Source: an uncultured delta proteobacterium (GTDB lineage Bacteria; Myxococcota; Myxococcia; Myxococcales; Myxococcaceae). From it: DNA of 64,000 nucleotides. The stretch spans positions 672,001 through 736,000 of the forward strand of contig CAVQKE010000001.1 of assembly GCA_963713045.1 (NCBI GenBank), in the 5' to 3' direction. The notes under the pieces were generated by a model. That model had not been told where the DNA came from. It saw only the letters and a list, made by a program, of their open reading frames with translations, and made no database searches. Position numbers and translations under genes: made by a program. Below are positions 58,802-64,000 of this stretch, piece after piece (position 1 is the first letter of the stretch; every line of letters begins with the position of its first letter).

Positions 58802-59943
58802 CCGGCCCCTCCGCCCAGCCTTCGGCGGGCCTCCTGGACTTTGCGCAGCGCCTCCTCGGGGGAGGCGGCAATGGCCGAGAGGTGGCCCATTTTTCGGCCC
58901 GGACGCGCCACGCGCTTGCCGTACAGGTGCACACTGACGCCAGAGAGAGACAGCGCGGCGTCGAAGTGCGGCGGCTCGGGCATCAGCCACAACTCTCCGA
59001 GGAGGTTGACGATGGCGGCCGGCGCCAGCACTTCGGTGGAACCGAGCGGCAAGTCGCACACGGCGCGGGTCACTTGCTCGAATTGGCTGGTGGCACAGGC
59101 CACCTCGGTGGTGTGGAAGGTGTTGTGGGGGCGGGGGGCCAATTCGTTGACCAGCAGCTGCCCGTCTTCGGTGCAGAAGAATTCAGCCACCAAAAGGCCC
59201 TCCACCCCCAGCGCCTCGGCGATGGCCGTCGTCGTCTCCTCGGCGGCACGGGACAGCTGGGCTGAGAAGGGACCGGGAAGGACGCTCCACTCAAGAATGC
59301 CCCGCACATGGTGGTTGAGCGCCGGCGGGTAGGCCCGGCACTCCCCGGAGGGCCGGCGAGCCACCAGCACCGACAACTCCTGGCGCAGCGCCAGCGCTTG
59401 CTCCACCACCACCGGGCCGCCGCCCAAGGTGGCCCAGGCAGCCGGGACGTCCGCTTCGGAGCGCACCACCGCCTGGCCTCGGCCGTCATAGCCGCCGCGG
59501 GTGGACTTGACGTAGGCCTTCCCCCCCAGGGCCTGCAGCGCGGACACCACCGACGCCTCCGAGGCGGCCTTTCGGTAAGGGCCCACCGGAAAGCCGTGGG
59601 CAGAAAGCCAGTCCTTCTGCCGGGCGCGGTCCTGAATGGTGAACAGGACCTCGGGCCCAGGCCGCATCGGCGTCAACGCTTGGACGGCGCGCAGCGCGTC
59701 CACGGAAATTTTCTCAATCTCCACGGTGACCACTTGGCTCTGGCGCGCCAGCTGGCGAGCCGCCTCGACGTCGTCGAAGGAAGCGGTGATGCAGCTTTCC
59801 ACGACGAAGCGCGCCGCGCAGGAGGGGTCCGGGTCCACCGCCGCCAGGTGGTAGCCGAGGGAGCGCGCGGCCATGGCCGTCATTCTTCCCAGTTGTCCGC
59901 CGCCGAGAATGCCCAGCGTGCTTCCCGGGAGAATGGGGCTCAT
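58798..59943 (-). CDS. purK: N5-carboxyaminoimidazole ribonucleotide synthase
   Basis: [45 protein letters not shown]. Confidence 0.97.
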   Translation of the reverse strand: MSPILPGSTLGILGGGQLGRMTAMAARSLGYHLAAVDPDPSCAARFVVESCITASFDDVEAARQLARQSQVVTVEIEKISVDALRAVQALTPMRPGPEVLFTIQDRARQKDWLSAHGFPVGPYRKAASEASVVSALQALGGKAYVKSTRGGYDGRGQAVVRSEADVPAAWATLGGGPVVVEQALALRQELSVLVARRPSGECRAYPPALNHHVRGILEWSVLPGPFSAQLSRAAEETTTAIAEALGVEGLLVAEFFCTEDGQLLVNELAPRPHNTFHTTEVACATSQFEQVTRAVCDLPLGSTEVLAPAAIVNLLGELWLMPEPPHFDAALSLSGVSVHLYGKRVARPGRKMGHLSAIAASPEEALRKVQEARRRLGGGAG

Positions 59944-60443
59944 GAAAGGTCGCTCTCGCGGGCCTCCCGGGCACGCGCTTCACGCCAGGCCCGGAGCCGC
60001 TCGCGGACTTCCGGATGCTGCAGGGCCACAATCTCCGAGGCCAACAGGCCGGCGTTGGCCGCACCGGGCTTGCCGATGGCCAGCGTCCCCACCGGGACGC
60101 CTTTCGGCATTTGGACGATGGAGAGGAGCGCGTCCAGCCCATTGAGCGCGGTGGCCGGGACGGGCACGCCCAGCACCGGAATCAGCGTCTTGGCCGCCAC
60201 CATGCCGGGCAAGTGGGCCGCCCCCCCAGCGGCGGCGATGATGACCAACAGGCCCCGCTCCTCGGCGCTCTCGGCATAGGCAAACATGTCGTCCGGCGTC
60301 CGGTGGGCCGAGACCACCTTGGCCTCGAAGGCCACCCCCAGTTCGGTCAGCACCTTGGCCGCGGGCTGAAGGTATTCCCAGTCACTCTTACTGCCGAGGA
60401 TGAGGCCGACCAGCGGGGTGGCGACAGGCTCCGGCTGCTCCAT
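59940..60443 (-). CDS. purE: N5-CAIR mutase
   Basis: [31 protein letters not shown]. Confidence 0.97.
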   Translation of the reverse strand: MEQPEPVATPLVGLILGSKSDWEYLQPAAKVLTELGVAFEAKVVSAHRTPDDMFAYAESAEERGLLVIIAAAGGAAHLPGMVAAKTLIPVLGVPVPATALNGLDALLSIVQMPKGVPVGTLAIGKPGAANAGLLASEIVALQHPEVRERLRAWREARAREARESDLS

Positions 60444-60448
60444 CCACG

Positions 60449-61834
60449 CTAGCCTAGTCCAGCCGCACTGGAGCCGCCGAGTTCTCGCTGGGCGCGCGCC
60501 ACCGTGGATTCAATCAGTTTCTGGATTTCGGCCAGCCGCGCCTCGGTCCGGGCTTCAAACCGCAGCACCAACAGCGGCTGGGTGTTGGAGGCGCGAATCA
60601 GCCCCCAGCCGTCGGAGAAGGTCACCCGCACCCCGTCCACCTCGATGATGTCATGCCCGGCGGTGCGCAGCAGTTCGGTGGCCCGCCGGACCAGGGCAAA
60701 CTTCTTCTCCTCCGGGACGTCGAAGCGAATCTCCGGGCTGGCGTAGGTCTTCGGCACGTCGGCCAAGAGGTGGCTCAACGGGCGGTCGGTATGCGTCAAA
60801 ATCTCCAGCAGACGGGCGGTGGCGTAGACGGCGTCGTCGAAGCCGAAGTAGCGGTGCTTGAAGAAGATGTGGCCGCTCATCTCCCCGGCCAGCTGGGCGT
60901 CCGTCTCCTTCATCTTCGCCTTGATGAGGCTGTGCCCGGCCTTCCACATGATGGGCCTTCCGCCCCGCCGCGCGATGTCCTCGTACAGCGTCGCGCTGCA
61001 TTTCACCTCGCCGACAATGGCGCTTCCGGGAACCTCGGCCAGGACGCTGCGGGCAAAAAGAATCATCAGTTGGTCGCCCCACAGCACCTGCCCCTGGTCG
61101 TCGATGACGCCAATCCGGTCGGCGTCGCCGTCGTAGGCAATCCCCACCTCGGCCTTCTCCCGGCGCACGGCGGCGATGAGGTCCTGGAGGTTGGCTGGCA
61201 CCGTCGGGTCGGGGTGGTGGTTCGGAAAGCGGGCGTCCATCTCACAGAAGAGGGGAACCACCTCGAAGCCCATGCTGCGGAACAGCGGCACCGCCACTTC
61301 GCCGCCGGTGCCATTTCCCGCGTCGATGACGACCCGCATGCTGCGTCCCATGTGGACCGTCTGGCGGATGAAGTGCACATAGGGCGTCACAATGTCGAAG
61401 TCGGTCCGCTTTCCACTGCGGCCACTCTCAAAGTCCTCCGCCTCCATCAGCTGGCGCAGGGCCTGAATTTCATGCCCAAACAGCGTGGTGCGTCCGTGGC
61501 CGACTTTGAAGCCGTTGTACTCCGGCGGGTTGTGGCTCCCGGTAATCATCGCGAGGCCGTCCACCGGCAGGGTGTTGGCAGCAAAGTAGGTGAGGGGGGT
61601 GGGCACCACGCCCACGTCCAGGACGTCGAGGCCGGTGGCCAGCAGCCCCGCGCACAGTGCATCGCGAAACCGGGGGCTGCTGGCTCGGCAGTCCCGGCCC
61701 ACCGTGGCGCTGTGACCGCCCTTGCGGCGGATGACGGTACCCAGGCCTCGACCCAGCTTCTCCACCAGCGCGTCGGTGAGGTCCGTGTCCACCAGCCCGC
61801 GGATGTCGTACTCGCGAAAAATGTGTGAATGCAT
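60449..61834 (-). CDS. Phosphomannomutase/phosphoglucomutase (AlgC-like)
   Basis: [33 protein letters not shown]. Confidence 0.96.
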   Translation of the reverse strand: MHSHIFREYDIRGLVDTDLTDALVEKLGRGLGTVIRRKGGHSATVGRDCRASSPRFRDALCAGLLATGLDVLDVGVVPTPLTYFAANTLPVDGLAMITGSHNPPEYNGFKVGHGRTTLFGHEIQALRQLMEAEDFESGRSGKRTDFDIVTPYVHFIRQTVHMGRSMRVVIDAGNGTGGEVAVPLFRSMGFEVVPLFCEMDARFPNHHPDPTVPANLQDLIAAVRREKAEVGIAYDGDADRIGVIDDQGQVLWGDQLMILFARSVLAEVPGSAIVGEVKCSATLYEDIARRGGRPIMWKAGHSLIKAKMKETDAQLAGEMSGHIFFKHRYFGFDDAVYATARLLEILTHTDRPLSHLLADVPKTYASPEIRFDVPEEKKFALVRRATELLRTAGHDIIEVDGVRVTFSDGWGLIRASNTQPLLVLRFEARTEARLAEIQKLIESTVARAQRELGGSSAAGLG

Positions 61835-61846
61835 GGTTCTCTCGCT

Positions 61847-62910
61847 TTAGAGGGCCCGCGTCATGCGCTTGAGCTTGAGCGCCTCAACCACCTGACGGAC
61901 GTCCTGGCTTCGCTCGCGCGGGAGGACCAGCACCGCGTCGCCCGCATCTACCACCACCGTGTCGCGCATCCCCAGCACCACCAACGTGCGGGCCGTCCCC
62001 AGCACCACGCATCCTGCCGAATCCAGCACCACGGTGGACTCTCCCACCACCACGTTGCCGTTGGCGTCCTGGGGACGGACTTCGGCCAGGGCGGCGAAGC
62101 TGCCGACGTCGGACCAACCGAAGTCCCCCGGGACGACCGCGATGTTGCGCGCCTTCTCCATCACCGCGTAGTCCACCGACACCGAGGGAAAGCGCGGGAA
62201 GACACGGGCCAGGGCCTTCGCGAACCCGCGCTTGCCAATCCGGGGGGCCAGCCGGTCCATGGCCTCGGCCACCTGGGGCAGGTAGCGGCCGAAGGCCTCC
62301 TGCATGGCCCGCGCGGTGAAGACGAACATTCCGCCGTTCCACAGGTATTCCTTGGAATTCACGTACTCGGCGGCAGTCAGCGGGTCCGGCTTTTCGACGA
62401 AGGCCTGCACCCGGAAGGCGCCTTCGCTGAGTGGCGTCCCGAGCCGGATGTAGCCGTAGCCCGTTTCCGGCCGGGTGGGCTGGATGCCCACCGTCACCAG
62501 TTGCCCCGTCCGGGCAACCTTGGCTGCCCGCTGCAGCACGGCGCGAAACTCTCGCCGGTCGGCCACATGGTGGTCCGAGGGCAGCACCGCCAGCACCGCC
62601 TCGGGGTCAATGGCGCCAATCACCCAAGTCGCCAGGGCGATGGCCGGTCCGGTATTTCGCGCCGCTGGCTCCACCAGCACGTGTTGGGCGGAAGCGCGGG
62701 GCACAGTTTCCGCACCAGCGGGGCGTGGCTCTTGCCACACACCACATACGTCTGGGCGGGGGTGGCCAAGCCCTTCAGGCGCTGAAGCGTCTCCACGAGG
62801 AGGGGCTTCGAGGAGACGAGTGGCAGAAACTGCTTGGGACGGCCCACCCGCGAGAGGGGCCAAAAGCGCGTTCCCGAACCGCCCGCCACCACCACCGGGT
62901 ACAGTTTCAT
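61847..62910 (-). CDS. manC: Mannose-1-phosphate guanylyltransferase (one-base frameshift near 62690)
   Basis: AGGSGTRFWPLSR..PKQFL in one frame; EPAARNTGPAI, PSDH, ETGYGYI, FVEKP, WNGG.F, SVDYAVME, WSDVG in another. Confidence 0.92.
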
Positions 62911-63512
62911 GGTCGACGCAGTTCCTTCCAGGCGGGCAGCTCCGCCGACTGGTCCAACAGGTTCCGCAAAATACGGCCGGTCACACCCCAAATGGTGTGT
63001 CCGGCGTATTCGAAGAAGAAGACGTCGCGCTCGACACCGCGAATGCGGTGGCGCTCCACCCGCTGACGGGAAGGCTGAAGGAGGGCCCACAGCGGCACTT
63101 CCAGGACTTCGGCAATCTCGCTGGGGTTGGGCCGAAGGACGACGCCGGGCAGCAGGCGTCCGACGAAGGGGGTGACGCGAAATTCGGTGATGGTGGGAAT
63201 CTCATCCAGCATGCCCAGCACCTGGACGTCCTCGGCGCGGACCGCCAGCTCCTCCTGCAACTCCCGCAGCGCGGTGTGCAACGGGGTGGCGTCGGAGGCG
63301 TCTCTCACCCCGCCGGGGAAGGAAATTTGGCCCCCGTGCCGACGCATCGTCTTCGGCCGCCGGGTGAAAAGGATGCTGGGCGTTCCGGCGCTCCAGCAAA
63401 GAGGCACCATCACCGCCGCTTCGCGCAACCCCCCTTCCGGCCAGTCCAGGGGCTGGCCGGGGTGCTCACGCAGACGGGCGGCAAGCTCTTCGAAGAGGGG
63501 CTCCACGGGCAT
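62907..63512 (-). CDS. CoA pyrophosphatase (Nudix, NudL-like)
   Basis: LFTRR...MRRHGGQISFPGG, TALRELQEE, IWGVTGRIL. Confidence 0.92.
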   Translation of the reverse strand: MPVEPLFEELAARLREHPGQPLDWPEGGLREAAVMVPLCWSAGTPSILFTRRPKTMRRHGGQISFPGGVRDASDATPLHTALRELQEELAVRAEDVQVLGMLDEIPTITEFRVTPFVGRLLPGVVLRPNPSEIAEVLEVPLWALLQPSRQRVERHRIRGVERDVFFFEYAGHTIWGVTGRILRNLLDQSAELPAWKELRRP

Positions 63513-63515
63513 TCG

Positions 63516-64000
63516 CTACTGGCTGCCCGGTGCCGGCAAAGGCAGCGCCAGGGCGGCCAGCGCCGCCGGGGCGGCCTCCGGCTGGGGGCTGAGCCGGCCG
63601 GTGGCCAGCAGCACCAGGAGCAGCCCGCCAAGGAGGAGACGGTAGACAATGAAGACGGCGGTCGACTGCGTCCGCAGGTAACGCAACAGCCAGGCGATGG
63701 AGAGCAGTCCGGTGACGAAGGCCACCGCCGTCCCCACCAGCACGTCCGGGCCGGTGAAAGGCTCCCCGCTGCGGACCAGGTGGCGCATCTCAAACAGTCC
63801 GGCGGCGGCGGTGGCCGGGACACTGAGGAGGAAGGAATAGCGGGCGGCGTCCTCCCGGCGAAAGCCCAGGGCGAGGCCGCCGGTGAGGGTGGTGCCCGAG
63901 CGACTGGAGCCGGGAATGAGGGCCAACGCCTGGCACAGGCCGATGACGATGGCGTCGGGCCACCGCATGTCGGCGAGCGTCCGCGTGTGCCGCGCCATCC
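63516..64000 (-). CDS. uppP: Undecaprenyl-diphosphate phosphatase, C-terminal part (runs off window end)
   Basis: IGLCQALALIPGSSRSGTT, AARYSFLLSVPA, F.VYR. Confidence 0.95.
   Translation of the reverse strand, partial: MARHTRTLADMRWPDAIVIGLCQALALIPGSSRSGTTLTGGLALGFRREDAARYSFLLSVPATAAAGLFEMRHLVRSGEPFTGPDVLVGTAVAFVTGLLSIAWLLRYLRTQSTAVFIVYRLLLGGLLLVLLATGRLSPQPEAAPAALAALALPLPAPGSQ

Noticed and set aside
1..64000. CRISPR arrays, tRNA/rRNA, IS elements, prophage
   Set aside because: No spaced direct repeats, cloverleafs, or transposase, integrase or phage genes recognised by eye.

Overview
GC-rich chromosomal segment that looks like Myxococcota (Myxococcaceae/Anaeromyxobacter-like: giant TPR protein, Hanks-type kinase, myxobacterial-style lipoproteins). 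It holds about 52 genes. No rRNA, tRNA, CRISPR array, integrase or transposase was seen. Housekeeping genes: split class I fumarase, serA, ctaA, queC, argC-argB, astA, mscL, mpg, malQ, purE-purK, PMM/PGM, manC, nudL-like, uppP. Most interesting loci: (1) an MMPL/RND + PhnD-like binding protein + TPR lipoprotein trio with the architecture of the BstABC sterol-transport system, abutting a GT4 glycosyltransferase; (2) a chemoreceptor with no periplasmic sensor that, once two 1-nt insertions are corrected, is fused at its C-terminus to an apparently cytoplasmic family-5 solute-binding domain; (3) a tamA-tamB-exbB-exbD-tonB operon with no TonB-dependent receptor; (4) an ECF sigma/zinc anti-sigma operon coupled to a divergent RlmN-like radical SAM enzyme; (5) a GH5-like protein lacking its catalytic nucleophile; (6) a 3176-aa TPR protein head-to-head with a Ser/Thr kinase; (7) a 30-aa sORF with a strong RBS. 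At least five small indels (argC, chemoreceptor x2, malQ, manC; perhaps the tamA start) suggest an error-prone assembly. All calls come from reading motifs by eye; no database search was run.
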